Part shown: piece by piece, positions 1 to 9,855 of the stretch
How the letters are laid out: every line of letters begins with the position of its first letter
Numbering within the stretch: position 1 is the stretch's first letter
Assembly: GCA_903919375.1 (NCBI GenBank)
Contig: CAIXHZ010000067.1
Coordinates: 10,291 to 74,290 of the forward strand
Length of the DNA stretch: 64,000 nucleotides
Source of the DNA: an uncultured Actinomycetes bacterium
GTDB lineage: Bacteria; Actinomycetota; Actinomycetes; Nanopelagicales; Nanopelagicaceae
Direction of reading: 5' to 3'
Made by a program: the position numbers and the translations under genes
Notes under the pieces: model-generated
What the model was told of the DNA's origin: nothing
Databases searched by the model: none
Seen by the model: the letters and a program-made list of their open reading frames with translations, nothing else

Positions 1-219
1 GCCAGCGACTTTGCCAAACTCTTTCCAGGCAGCTGGAACATCATCTTCATAATAGATCGCTTCGACTGGGCAGACCGGCTCGCAGGCACCGCAATCCACG
101 CACTCATCTGGCTGGATGTAGAGCATTCGATCGCCCTCGTAGATGCAATCCACGGGACATTCCTCGATGCAGGATTTATCCTTAATATCGATACATGGCT
201 CGGCAATTACGTAGGTCAC
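1..219 (-). CDS. fdxA: 7Fe ferredoxin (C-terminus runs off window start; not in ORF track)
   Basis: Hand translation from GTG at 219: [62 protein letters not shown]; CxxCxxCxxxCP motif; AAGGAG RBS upstream. Confidence 0.95.
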   Translation of the reverse strand, partial: MTYVIAEPCIDIKDKSCIEECPVDCIYEGDRMLYIQPDECVDCGACEPVCPVEAIYYEDDVPAAWKEFGKVAG

Positions 220-319
220 GATCGGCTCCTTCATATCTCTGGTCGCACTAGGGGCGAAAATCTCATGGCTAAAAAGGTTTCACGACGCCTGTAGAGCGCC
301 ATGGGTACAGAATAGGGCA

Positions 320-1279
320 ATGAGGCCGAATATAGGCGCCAATTCTGGCCACCCCACCGAGATCGGTCGACGTCACACCATTCGTATCCAGGATGGTGAA
401 GGAGTGTCCGACCTCCTCGGCACCCTGACCTCTCTCACACAGATCACAAAGAAGGATGGCACCGTAACCACCTTCGAGCCGTCGCAGATTGTGGCTTGGC
501 GAGCAATCGAAGAACTTACGGCGCAGGCCGGACGTGGGGCACCACTCTCGCTACGAATTGCCGCACTCGAAGAGCTCTCCAGCATTACCTGGCCGGGCAG
601 TGAAAGCTTTGCCCGTGGCGGCTGGCTCTACCGAATCTCCGGCGGTGGGAGTTATCGTTCCAATTCGGTGCTCCTTCACGGTCTTCCAGATTTTGCTGAT
701 CCACTTCTCCCCCTGGATCAAGAGTTGGAATTACTGATTGAGACCTTTACCTCACAATCCGTGCTCCCCACGATTCATCTCCCGCTACCGCGCTTCGAAG
801 TAATGGATGCATATCTGGATAAGTGTGGATGGAAAGTCGCGCTCGATGGCCAGGTGATGGTCGCTGATAAACCAACGATCACAATTATTAACAATCCGAC
901 TTACTCAGCACAGGTATTTGATCATCCCTCGAGTGATTTTCAATTGATTCGCGAAAGTAAGAACGCGGTAGCAACGATGTCCCGGTATCCCGCTCACTAT
1001 ATCTGCCTCTACGATCAGGAAGGCCGCGGCTTTGCTGCCGGTCGAATCGCAACCCACGGCGAATGGGCGATGGTGACTGCTTTTATTGTGGCGCCTGCCT
1101 TTCGCGGTCAAGGCTGGTCGAAAGTTTTGATGAAGGAGTTACTCAAAGCAACTCCAGCAACCAAAATTGCCCTCCAAGTTGATCAGAAAAATGCCGTGGC
1201 AATCTCCCTGTATTCATCGTTGGGATTTCGGCATCATCATGATTATCGCTTTCGAACATGGGGGGAGGAAAAAGCATGA
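320..1279 (+). CDS. GNAT family N-acetyltransferase with small N-terminal extra domain
   Basis: VAPAFRGQGWSK acetyl-CoA motif A, LQVDQKNAVAISLYSSLGF motif B; position next to fdxA typical of actinobacteria. Confidence 0.85.
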   Translation: MRPNIGANSGHPTEIGRRHTIRIQDGEGVSDLLGTLTSLTQITKKDGTVTTFEPSQIVAWRAIEELTAQAGRGAPLSLRIAALEELSSITWPGSESFARGGWLYRISGGGSYRSNSVLLHGLPDFADPLLPLDQELELLIETFTSQSVLPTIHLPLPRFEVMDAYLDKCGWKVALDGQVMVADKPTITIINNPTYSAQVFDHPSSDFQLIRESKNAVATMSRYPAHYICLYDQEGRGFAAGRIATHGEWAMVTAFIVAPAFRGQGWSKVLMKELLKATPATKIALQVDQKNAVAISLYSSLGFRHHHDYRFRTWGEEKA

Positions 1280-2694
1280 TGCACCAGTTGCAGCTCTATG
1301 ACACTATGGCTCGAGAGCTCAGAGGTATCGGCAGCGAAGGTGGCCGTCCCATCGCAATTTACTGCTGTGGGCCCACTGTCTATCGCGATGCGCACGTGGG
1401 TAACTTCCGAACTTTTCTCCTCTCTGATCTTGTCGTCCGCACTCTTCACCTTCTTGGCGAGAAGACGCTGGTCGTTCAAAACATCACAGATGTCGGTCAT
1501 ATGGCTGAAGATCTTGACGGTCGCGAAAATGGCGAAGATAAACTGCTCATGCAGGCTGCATCTGAATCCAAAGACCCCTTCGATGTGGCTCGTGAATATG
1601 AAGCTCGCTTCCATCGGGATTTAGCGCTGCTCGGAATAACACCTGCCGATCAATATCCACGAGCAAGCGAATCGATCGAGCTTATGCAAAATTTCATTTC
1701 CGCTCTTATCGACAAGGGCTCTGCCTACCCCGGCATCGATGGGAGCGTTTACTTCTCTGCTAATTCCTTTCCTTCGTATGGCGCCCTCAGTGGTAACCAA
1801 CTTGATGCGCTCAAACCTGGCCATCGCTACAAATATGTCGAAGATGGGGCTAAGAAATTCCACGCAGATTGGGCGCTCTGGAAAGCAGCCGGAAATCGAA
1901 CCCAAATGATTTGGAACTCTCCGTGGGGCGAAGGCTTTCCTGGTTGGCATATTGAATGCAGCGCTATGTCGCTCGAATTCTTGGGCACAAAAGTTGATCT
2001 CCATATCGGAGGCATTGATCTTCGCTTCCCTCATCATGAAGATGAACGGGCGCAATCAAACTCCTTTACTGGCACAGAGGTCGTGGCACATTGGCTTCAT
2101 GGTGAGCACTTGCTCTTCGAAGGGCGAAAGATGTCCAAGAGCGCTGGGAATGTTCTACTTGTCGGTGATGTAATAGCTCGGGGCATTGACCCACTCGCAC
2201 TTCGATTAGCTCTCATGGAGAATCGATATCGCGCCCAGATGGATCTCACATGGAAGAGTATTGAAGCTGCTTCTGCCACGCTTTCGCGCTGGCGCAAGCG
2301 CTTTAGCGAATGGGCTAATTCCGCTGACGTGGCCGAGAGCGATCCCCAAGTAATAGAAATCCTCGCTCGCGATCTCGATACGCCGCGCTTGCTTATCTAT
2401 CTCCGCGATGTGGAGCGTGACTCTTCGTTAAACGACGGTGCTAAATATGCTGCTTTTAGTACCGCAGATCGGGTGCTCGCCCTCAACTTTGCTAAAGAAG
2501 AAATCATCGACCTGGATAGCCAATCTCAGTCCCTGCTGAACGAACGCGCTGCGGCTCGAGCAGCCAAAGATTTTGCAACCAGCGATCGATTGCGCGATCT
2601 CTTAGCTGAGCAAGGAATTATGGTTCGAGATGGCGTTGATGGTCAGAGCTTTGAGGTAACGGAACTCTTCCACTCCCGCCGCCACACCAAGTAA
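1276..2694 (+). CDS. cysS: Cysteine--tRNA ligase
   Basis: CGPTVY..HVGN (HIGH), GFPGWHIECSAM, DLRFPHHEDE, KMSKS, C-terminal RAAKDFATSDRLRD anticodon domain; start chosen at ATG 1276 after GGAGG. Confidence 0.9.
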   Translation: MMHQLQLYDTMARELRGIGSEGGRPIAIYCCGPTVYRDAHVGNFRTFLLSDLVVRTLHLLGEKTLVVQNITDVGHMAEDLDGRENGEDKLLMQAASESKDPFDVAREYEARFHRDLALLGITPADQYPRASESIELMQNFISALIDKGSAYPGIDGSVYFSANSFPSYGALSGNQLDALKPGHRYKYVEDGAKKFHADWALWKAAGNRTQMIWNSPWGEGFPGWHIECSAMSLEFLGTKVDLHIGGIDLRFPHHEDERAQSNSFTGTEVVAHWLHGEHLLFEGRKMSKSAGNVLLVGDVIARGIDPLALRLALMENRYRAQMDLTWKSIEAASATLSRWRKRFSEWANSADVAESDPQVIEILARDLDTPRLLIYLRDVERDSSLNDGAKYAAFSTADRVLALNFAKEEIIDLDSQSQSLLNERAAARAAKDFATSDRLRDLLAEQGIMVRDGVDGQSFEVTELFHSRRHTK

Positions 2695-2996
2695 ATCAAT
2701 AGGCCAGTGCTTGCGACGGTATACAAATCGCCCATTCGATTGCCGTATACGAGAAGTTCAAAACTCACACCATGGGTGCTGGCGCGAATCAATATTGCCA
2801 TCACCGCTATCGCAGCAATCAACTTAATGAAGCGGGAGTGATAGGCCTTTCCTAGTAGCGAAAAAGTCGTATAGAGAATCAGAAGCGCGACCACTAACCC
2901 GAGTGGTCTGGCAGCATTGTGTAAAGCCACACCGGCAAAACTCGAAAGAGCTCCTGCACCGATTGCAATACCCGTTGATTGAACCCTCTCTCGCAC
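2643..2996 (-). CDS. Small membrane protein downstream of mshB (DUF6113-like)
   Basis: About four hydrophobic segments; abuts the mshB stop, matching usual actinobacterial synteny. Confidence 0.6.
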   Translation of the reverse strand: MRERVQSTGIAIGAGALSSFAGVALHNAARPLGLVVALLILYTTFSLLGKAYHSRFIKLIAAIAVMAILIRASTHGVSFELLVYGNRMGDLYTVASTGLLIYLVWRREWKSSVTSKL

Positions 2997-3890
2997 TTAG
3001 CGAACTCCTGCGAAGAGATCGGTCTCTCGGCCATCACTATCGAATGGCGCCGCCTTATTACCCTTCACGAGCGAGTAGTACTCAAATCCCCAGACTTGAT
3101 TTCCTAGATTATTGGAAAGTGCAAAGAAGGGGCCATCCAATGCAATTTGAGTGGGATGCGCTGCCATTGCCGCCATCTTGGCTTCAACAAAAGCAGTGCC
3201 ATCTACGCAGGCGGTGACCAGTGAATCATCTTTAGCAAAGGGAAGATCGTCGACACTTTCAACGCCCATGAAATCTGAGCCAATCGCTTTCATCTTGTCG
3301 ATGCCCTCTTGGATAACAGATTTTGGCATTGCATTCCAATAAATTTTTGATATCTCCCACGCTGGGCTTTCGCCGTAGTGTGGATCAGCTGCAAGTTCAG
3401 CCGCTCGCATTGCCACTCGATGCGCCTGGATATGGTCCGGATGGCCATAGCCACCAATTTCGTCGTAGGTGATGAGTACTTGCGGTTTCACTTCGCGAAT
3501 AATTTTTACTAAATGGCTCGCCGCAACATCAACCTCTGCCTGCCAGAAAACATCTGGGCGATTGTTAGGGTCTGTTCCCATCATCCCGCTATCGCGCCAC
3601 TTCATATCAGGTGCGCCTAAGAATCGATGATCATGTACGCCAAGCGCCACCATCGCATTTGCTAATTCAATTTCGCGGTGGGAGCCGAGTTCGTCATTCT
3701 GAAGTGCTGCCAAATGGGCAAGATCAGGTACCAGAACTTCGCCCTCTTCACCACGAGTACAGGTCACTAAGGTCACGCCAATTCCGTCAGCGACAAACTT
3801 TGCCATCGTCGCACCATTGTTGATGGTCTCATCATCCGGATGGGCATGCACGAGCAGCGCTCGTAAATCTGGCTCTGTTGGTGTGATCAT
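2997..3890 (-). CDS. mshB: GlcNAc-Ins deacetylase, mycothiol biosynthesis
   Basis: [45 protein letters not shown] motifs. Confidence 0.92.
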   Translation of the reverse strand: MITPTEPDLRALLVHAHPDDETINNGATMAKFVADGIGVTLVTCTRGEEGEVLVPDLAHLAALQNDELGSHREIELANAMVALGVHDHRFLGAPDMKWRDSGMMGTDPNNRPDVFWQAEVDVAASHLVKIIREVKPQVLITYDEIGGYGHPDHIQAHRVAMRAAELAADPHYGESPAWEISKIYWNAMPKSVIQEGIDKMKAIGSDFMGVESVDDLPFAKDDSLVTACVDGTAFVEAKMAAMAAHPTQIALDGPFFALSNNLGNQVWGFEYYSLVKGNKAAPFDSDGRETDLFAGVR

Positions 3891-3925
3891 TATGCCAGCC
3901 TAACAAATGCCCATAAGATTGGCCT
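3891..3925. promoter_or_regulatory. Back-to-back leaderless promoters for mshB and tetR
   Basis: TAGGCT (-, 3897-3902) 6 nt before mshB ATG; TAAGAT (+, 3914-3919) 6 nt before tetR GTG; no SD. Confidence 0.7.
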
Positions 3926-4576
3926 GTGACTACCGAGCGCGCCACTTCCGCATCTATCAACTCTGGCACTTCCGCTGCCGCTAACAAGGGTCGTCTGCCT
4001 CGAGATGAGCGCCGCGCTCAACTCCTTTCCGCAGCGCTCGAAGTATTTACTGCCGCTGGCTATCACGCAGCAGCGATGGATGAGATCGCCGATCGCGCGC
4101 AAGTGAGTAAGCCAGTTCTCTATCAGCACTTCCCCTCCAAACTCGATCTTTATCTAGCAGTGCTCGATCTCCATATTGATTCACTCGTCTTTGAACTCCA
4201 AAGAGCGATCTCTGGCACACATGACAATGCTTCTCGTGTTGAAGCAACTGTCGATGCCTATTTCGGTTTTATCAATCGCGAGGGTGAGGCATTCCGTCTC
4301 CTCTTTGAGAGCGATATGAGCGTGGAACCCCAGGTGCGCGAACGACTCCATCGCATGACTTACGACAATGCGGCAGCGCTCAGCGCGGTCATCTCATTGG
4401 ATACCGGCCTAGCCAAAGAAGAGTCGATGATGCTTGCAGTGGGCCTCATTGGAACGGCACAACATTCAGCGCGACATTGGCTAGAGCGAGATGGCAAGAT
4501 AGACCGTGAAAGCGCAGTAAAGCTCGTCTCAAACCTTATGTGGCGTGGAATCTCTGGCTTTCCTAAATCGAATTAA
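3926..4576 (+). CDS. TetR/AcrR family transcriptional regulator
   Basis: N-terminal HTH GYHAAAMDEIADRAQVSKPVLYQHFPSK. Confidence 0.93.
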   Translation: MTTERATSASINSGTSAAANKGRLPRDERRAQLLSAALEVFTAAGYHAAAMDEIADRAQVSKPVLYQHFPSKLDLYLAVLDLHIDSLVFELQRAISGTHDNASRVEATVDAYFGFINREGEAFRLLFESDMSVEPQVRERLHRMTYDNAAALSAVISLDTGLAKEESMMLAVGLIGTAQHSARHWLERDGKIDRESAVKLVSNLMWRGISGFPKSN

Positions 4577-4608
4577 GTACCAACCTAATCAAGAGAAGGA
4601 TTTAACTC

Positions 4609-4836
4609 ATGATCGAAGTTCGCATCGGCATCTCAGACTCCCCCACAGAACTCCACATCGAGTCAGATCTCTCTCAAGCTGAGATCATTACCGCCGTTAA
4701 AGCGGCGCTCGACAAAGGCGAAACGCTCAGCCTTACAGATGTTAAAGGTCGCCAGACGCTGGTGCCACATGGCCGCATTTCATTTGTTGACGTCGGGGCA
4801 GGCACTGATCGTCGCGTGGGATTTGCCTCTAACTAG
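4609..4836 (+). CDS. DUF3107 family small protein
   Basis: EVRIGISDSPTEL...LTDVKGR...VP..ISFVDVG...RRVGF pattern; follows TetR as in other actinobacteria. Confidence 0.85.
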   Translation: MIEVRIGISDSPTELHIESDLSQAEIITAVKAALDKGETLSLTDVKGRQTLVPHGRISFVDVGAGTDRRVGFASN

Positions 4837-4856
4837 AGCAGATTCTGGCGTAACTA

Positions 4857-5480
4857 TCAGGCTAAGTTGAAGAAGCCTTTTATCGCTTGAACGATCATCT
4901 CTACTGCTATCGCAGCGAGCAAAAGTCCCGCGATACGAGCCACTAGCGTCACGCCCGCTTCTTTGATCAAGGTCAATAACTTGGTCGAAGACATTAAAGT
5001 AAGACCAATAACTACGTGCACAGCAATGATGGCTAGGGCGAGTGAAAGTTTCATGTTGATGGTGTGGGCGCGCTGCACGTAAAGAATTGTGGTGACAATC
5101 GCACCAGGACCCGCTAAGAGTGGTGTGCCCAGTGGGACGAGAGCAACATTTCCGTCGCTGCCACCTTCGCTAGTGGAATCTTTGCCGGTCAATAGTTCAA
5201 GTGCGATCAGTAGTAGCAGCAAGCCGCCCGCACCTTGCAGCGCATTAATCGAGACGTGCAAGTAATCCAGAATTACCTTTCCAAAGAGGGCGAAGACCAC
5301 GATTACCGAGAGCGAAACCGATGCTCCCTGCCAGGCCATGCGAACGCGTTCGCGTGGTGTTCGACCACTGACAAGTGCGAGAAAGACTGGGGTTGCACCA
5401 GGTGGGTCGAGAATGACAAAGAGGGTCATGAAAGCCTGAATACCAAAGGTAAGGGCTGAGATTGATGCAACGCTATTCAT
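4857..5480 (-). CDS. MarC family membrane protein
   Basis: LFVILDPPG, VPLGTPLLAGPGAI, RIAGLLLAAIAVE; start at ATG 5480 overlapping the PHP stop. Confidence 0.9.
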   Translation of the reverse strand: MNSVASISALTFGIQAFMTLFVILDPPGATPVFLALVSGRTPRERVRMAWQGASVSLSVIVVFALFGKVILDYLHVSINALQGAGGLLLLLIALELLTGKDSTSEGGSDGNVALVPLGTPLLAGPGAIVTTILYVQRAHTINMKLSLALAIIAVHVVIGLTLMSSTKLLTLIKEAGVTLVARIAGLLLAAIAVEMIVQAIKGFFNLA

Positions 5481-6322
5481 GTGCGGATAACCCTTCGCTG
5501 ATCTGCTCGCGCTTCTAATTTTTTCCATTGGGCTGGGTTAGTGGTGAACTCAGCTAACTGGTTGAGTTTACCCTCTCCGTGGTAATCGCTGGAACCAGTA
5601 AAAATTAAGTCATACTCATTGACGATAGCCATCAATAATTCGCGTTCTTCCACGCTCTGATCTCGATGCGAGACTTCAATTCCATCTAAACCGGCCTGCA
5701 CAAATGATTGAAAGCTTGTTGGCCTCACAATTTTACCGCGAAGCGTGGCATAAGGATGAGCAATCACTGCCACTCCCCCCGCCTGCTTAATTAACTTAAT
5801 AACTGCTTCGGGTGTCGGTGAAAAGTGCGAGACGTAATGAGCGGAATTATTGTGGAGCAGATTCGAAAATGCCTCCTCGCGATCTTTCACAACGCCTTTT
5901 GCAATTAAGGCATCAGCTAAGTGGGGTCGTCCCAGGGTCGCACCATCGGAGAGCTGAGCCAAGACATCGGCCATTTCAATCTCAATTCCAGCGCCTTGCA
6001 TGCGAGCGATGATCTTTTCCATTCGTCCAATTCGATTATCCCGAGTCTGATCCAAAACTTCTATGAGAGGCATGAAGTGAGGATCAAAGAGCAGGCCAAG
6101 CATATGAACGCTCACACCATCTTCGGTCTGACAAGATATTTCGGCACCAAGTACTAGATCCATTCCAGGTCGTAGCGCGGTCCTAGCCTCTTCCCAACCA
6201 CTAATAGTGTCGTGATCAGTAAGGGCCAGAGTAGTGATTCCTGCGGCCATCGCTTTATTAATTAACATCGAAGGTGAATCAGTGCCATCACTCACCTTGG
6301 AGTGAGTATGTAAATCAATCAC
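5477..6322 (-). CDS. PHP-domain phosphoesterase (TrpH/YciV-like)
   Basis: DLHTHSKVSDG, ALTDHDT, GRPHLA, IAHP, GSSDYHG. Confidence 0.92.
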   Translation of the reverse strand: MIDLHTHSKVSDGTDSPSMLINKAMAAGITTLALTDHDTISGWEEARTALRPGMDLVLGAEISCQTEDGVSVHMLGLLFDPHFMPLIEVLDQTRDNRIGRMEKIIARMQGAGIEIEMADVLAQLSDGATLGRPHLADALIAKGVVKDREEAFSNLLHNNSAHYVSHFSPTPEAVIKLIKQAGGVAVIAHPYATLRGKIVRPTSFQSFVQAGLDGIEVSHRDQSVEERELLMAIVNEYDLIFTGSSDYHGEGKLNQLAEFTTNPAQWKKLEARADQRRVIRT

Positions 6323-7230
6323 TCGACGATTTCCTGAGCTGCTTTTTTAGTTCCGGAACGTAAAACAAAGACGGTACAACCAAGGAGGAGGCCGAAAATT
6401 CCTGGGATCGTTCCGGCCGGTGGCTTCTGGCCTTGCCACCAATATGCCAATACTGCACTAACGGGAACTTCAAAGAAGACAATCAAAGAGACTACGGCTG
6501 GGGAGACGCGCTTGAGGGAGAGATTAAACATGGTGTGGCCCAAAATTTGTGCGCCCGCGATGAGTGCCAAGCAGAGCAACCATTGTCGGGCTGAGTAAGC
6601 GAAGATATGGAAGTTAACCATTAAGGCAATGGGCAGAGCGGTGAGAGCGCAGAGGGAGTAGCAGACCGAGGTGTAAGTCGATGTCGACAGCTCTTTTTGA
6701 GCTTTGGCACCAATCAGCATGTACCCAGCAGCCAAAGCTGCACCAATGAGCGCACAGAGATCGCCCAAGAAAGATCGTGCTGAGATACGAAGATCAACTC
6801 CAGTAATAAGAAGCACAGATAGGAAAGCAATAAACATTCCACCCCACGCTCTACGGGCAATCTCCTCACCCCGATAGCGCAGGTAGATCGCAGTAAAGAT
6901 CGGCTGAGTTGCAGTGATGGCAGTACCAGCCGCAACGCTGGTTAGGCGCATCGCCAAGAAAAATCCCATGAAATGCAGTGCGAGTAAGACCCCAGAAACC
7001 GCTGAAAGTCGTATGGCACGTTTGCCAGCAGCGCTACGCCACTCCTTCTTGCGCATCGCAAAGGGAAACATCACGATGGCCCCACCCAAATTTCGCCACA
7101 TAATCAAAGTCGGGACAGGCATGGTGCTGAGTGAAATGACCGGTCCTGAAGTTCCGATACCAACAACACCAAGTGCTAGAAAGAGTATGTCGCGTCCGCG
7201 CGGAAGGGTGGAATGGTGTGAACGAGTCAT
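6319..7230 (-). CDS. DMT/EamA family transporter
   Basis: About ten TM helices in a two-repeat pattern (TQPIFTA / FFEVPVSAVLA); start moved to ATG 7230. Confidence 0.85.
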   Translation of the reverse strand: MTRSHHSTLPRGRDILFLALGVVGIGTSGPVISLSTMPVPTLIMWRNLGGAIVMFPFAMRKKEWRSAAGKRAIRLSAVSGVLLALHFMGFFLAMRLTSVAAGTAITATQPIFTAIYLRYRGEEIARRAWGGMFIAFLSVLLITGVDLRISARSFLGDLCALIGAALAAGYMLIGAKAQKELSTSTYTSVCYSLCALTALPIALMVNFHIFAYSARQWLLCLALIAGAQILGHTMFNLSLKRVSPAVVSLIVFFEVPVSAVLAYWWQGQKPPAGTIPGIFGLLLGCTVFVLRSGTKKAAQEIVE

Positions 7231-7240
7231 GAAGTATGAA

Positions 7241-8509
7241 TTAGTTGAAGGTAAACCAGAGCATGCAGCCAATACATGCTGCAACGATGGTGATGATAAC
7301 GCCGTAGACCCATTGCATCTTTACCGAGGCGCGATATTCGCCCATCAGCTTCTTATCACGAGAGATTCCAAACATATACATAAGAAGTGGAAGCAAAAGC
7401 ACTGCATTGAGAACCTGGGTAATAACTAAAATCGCGAGCAAGGTACTTGAATGTCCACCGAAGAAAATAACTATCAAGGCGGCAATAATGGTGATGATCG
7501 CAAAGGTTGAGTAAAAGAGTGGCGCTTCCTTAGGCTTATCATCGAGCGCTGCCGGACGGCCGGTAAGATCGCTCACTGAATAAGCGGTCGACAGTGGCAA
7601 GATCGATGCGGCAAGTAAAGCCGCTCCAATTAATCCAATCGCAAAGAGATCTTTTGCAAATGTTCCGGCTAATGGCTTGAGTGCAGCGGCAGCCTGGCCA
7701 GCATCGGTGATCGATATTCCTTTAGAATGGAAAGCAGCTGCGCAGGTAACCACGACAAAGAATCCAATAATTCCGGTCAGGAATGATCCAGTCCACACAT
7801 CGACACGAAGTAACTTGAGATCATCGCGCGTGAGGCGCTTATCGACGGCGTAGGACTGAATAAAGGCAAGTCCCCACGGAGCAAGTGTCGTACCGAGAGT
7901 TGCAGTCGCAATCAAAATTGCATCGTGATTGAAGGGCATGGTGGGTGTAACCATTCCCTTGAAGGCACTTCCCCAATTGGGGTGCGCTTGGAATCCGGCG
8001 ATGACATACGCCAGAAAGACACCAGAGAGCAAGAAGAAGACTTTCTCCACTCGCGCAAAAGTACCGCGCAGAACTAAGAACGAAACCAAGAGCGCCGAAC
8101 CCGGAACGGTGATGTAGTTCGGGATGTTGAAGAGCTTTCCTGCAACTGCAATGCCTGCAAATTCAGCAGTCATCGTGCCGATGTTGGCGATGATCAGCGC
8201 ACTTGCACTCATGACCCCTGACCTAGCGCCATATTTCTGGCGAACTAAACCAATTAAACCTTGGCGAGTAACTACGCCGATTCGGGCCCCTAAATCTTGA
8301 AAGATGATCAGCGCAACGGTGGAGATAACCAAAGTCCAGAGAAGTTGGTAGCCGTACTTAGCACCAAGTTGAGAATAAGTGGTGATACCTGCTGGATCAT
8401 CATCGGAAAGACCAGCAATAATTCCGGGACCCATAACTGCGAGAAAGGCCGCGAGGCGAATTTTTCGAGGCGATGCAATCGCCGGGCTTTTCTTCTTTAC
8501 CTCGCTCAT
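7241..8509 (-). CDS. NRAMP-related divalent cation (probably Mg2+) transporter
   Basis: MGPGIIAGLSDDDPAGITTYSQLGAKYGY TM1, TLGTTLAPW TM6; lacks the DPGN/MPH motifs of MntH. Confidence 0.85.
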   Translation of the reverse strand: MSEVKKKSPAIASPRKIRLAAFLAVMGPGIIAGLSDDDPAGITTYSQLGAKYGYQLLWTLVISTVALIIFQDLGARIGVVTRQGLIGLVRQKYGARSGVMSASALIIANIGTMTAEFAGIAVAGKLFNIPNYITVPGSALLVSFLVLRGTFARVEKVFFLLSGVFLAYVIAGFQAHPNWGSAFKGMVTPTMPFNHDAILIATATLGTTLAPWGLAFIQSYAVDKRLTRDDLKLLRVDVWTGSFLTGIIGFFVVVTCAAAFHSKGISITDAGQAAAALKPLAGTFAKDLFAIGLIGAALLAASILPLSTAYSVSDLTGRPAALDDKPKEAPLFYSTFAIITIIAALIVIFFGGHSSTLLAILVITQVLNAVLLLPLLMYMFGISRDKKLMGEYRASVKMQWVYGVIITIVAACIGCMLWFTFN

Positions 8510-9846
8510 GCAAGTGACCCACTTACCTGTGTGATGCCTCGCCCTGGTGAATCAGTGGCAAGGGCATCGACCAAGTCATCGGCAAGAATTCGACCTACTG
8601 GCTTCTTCTTCTCATCGATAACAATGATGGATGAGCCTCGGTTATTGGCAAACTCTTCAATAACATCTTTTAGCGGTGTTGCTACATCGACGGCCGTTGG
8701 ATAAGGCGGACCGATCAGCGTGGAGAGAAGGGCGGCTGGTTTAGCAGCAATCAACTCAATAATCTGAATGTGATCAATGAGTCGGCCGCGTGAATCGACT
8801 ACAACTACGCCATCAGAGATATCGCGTTCACGATTTTCCACTAAGAGTTTAAGCGCCGATGCCACAGTATCTTCCTCACGCGTAAGGAGTAAGTGTGTGG
8901 TCATGATTCCGCCAGCCAGCGTCTCATCAAAAGCCACGAGATTTCGAAGCTGCTTAGCAATCTTGGCATCCATTGAAGCGAAGATGCTCTCGCGGTGTTC
9001 TTCATCGAGATCGCGAAGAATTTCAGCAGATTCATCTGGTTCCATGCGGGTGATTAAACCGGCAGCGCGCTCAGCAGAGAGACCACGCAACAGTCCTTGG
9101 AGCTCTAGATCTTCCATCTCCTCCAGCGCATCAGCTGCAAGTTCGGGATCGAGCAATTCAATAAGTGCGCCTTGTTCCCGACCAGAGAGATCTTCAATGA
9201 GGTCGGCGAGGTCTGCTGGGCGAAGTTGGCTGAGAACCGAACGAGAGCCGGAAGTGCGCACAACACCGGAGTCGTCAGCGAGAGATGCCACCGTAGCCCA
9301 ATCGACAACTTGTTCTGGCGTTGGGCGGCGACTAATTGCGCCCGGAAAGATGCGACGAAGGAAAGAGCGGAAGGAGATATCTACACCCACTACGCGAATC
9401 TCTTTATCAAAGGGAGCAAGATAGAGATCTGATGATCGCACTACCCGCAGGCCATCAACATCAACAATCTGGTGGTCGAGCACATCAGCATCAAGAAGTG
9501 ATTCACCTGGTCGGCGTTGGTAATCCTCTAAGTTAATTCGGGTTGAAGAGAGTCGCACTTCGCTCTGAGATAACTTGGAGATGCGCGCACCATTGATAAA
9601 GGATTTACTCTGACCTACTTTAACGATCAACCCAGAGACAGGTGGGTAAGTCTCTTCACCATGGCGAACAACCACATCAACTAATTTGCCAATAACGCGG
9701 CCATTTTGATCTGTAACGGGGCGACCAATGAGACCTGCAAGTGAGACCAACGAGTCGCGCACAGTTTTGCGCTCAAGCACGGAATCGCGACGGCCGACCA
9801 ATCGCTTGGCCACCGTATTAATCCCTGTGACTGGTGGCTTCTTCAT
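8506..9846 (-). CDS. Soluble PRC-barrel + MgtE N-terminal + CBS-pair protein (no membrane domain)
   Basis: PRC-like GKLVDVVV and DVLDHQIVDVDG, helical LRPADLADLIEDL/MEPDESAEIL repeats, AGGIMTT CBS start; no TM segments. Confidence 0.85.
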   Translation of the reverse strand: MKKPPVTGINTVAKRLVGRRDSVLERKTVRDSLVSLAGLIGRPVTDQNGRVIGKLVDVVVRHGEETYPPVSGLIVKVGQSKSFINGARISKLSQSEVRLSSTRINLEDYQRRPGESLLDADVLDHQIVDVDGLRVVRSSDLYLAPFDKEIRVVGVDISFRSFLRRIFPGAISRRPTPEQVVDWATVASLADDSGVVRTSGSRSVLSQLRPADLADLIEDLSGREQGALIELLDPELAADALEEMEDLELQGLLRGLSAERAAGLITRMEPDESAEILRDLDEEHRESIFASMDAKIAKQLRNLVAFDETLAGGIMTTHLLLTREEDTVASALKLLVENRERDISDGVVVVDSRGRLIDHIQIIELIAAKPAALLSTLIGPPYPTAVDVATPLKDVIEEFANNRGSSIIVIDEKKKPVGRILADDLVDALATDSPGRGITQVSGSLA

Positions 9847-9855
9847 GGGTAAATC

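Noticed and set aside
1276-2694. Calling this gene mshC because it neighbours mshB
   Set aside because: It has CGPTVY and a full C-terminal anticodon-binding domain, whereas MshC has CGITPY and lacks that domain; kept only as a speculative finding
2643-2694. Convergent 3' overlaps (cysS/DUF6113-like, 52 nt; ugd/arsC, 15 nt) as antisense regulation
   Set aside because: More simply a result of genome compaction; no further evidence
8777-9424. 215-aa Ser/Arg-rich plus-strand ORF and similar long antisense or alternate-frame ORFs (6914-7429, 36089-36574, 38869-39372, 52952-53551)
   Set aside because: They lie inside well-supported genes, show typical antisense or off-frame composition, and have no motifs
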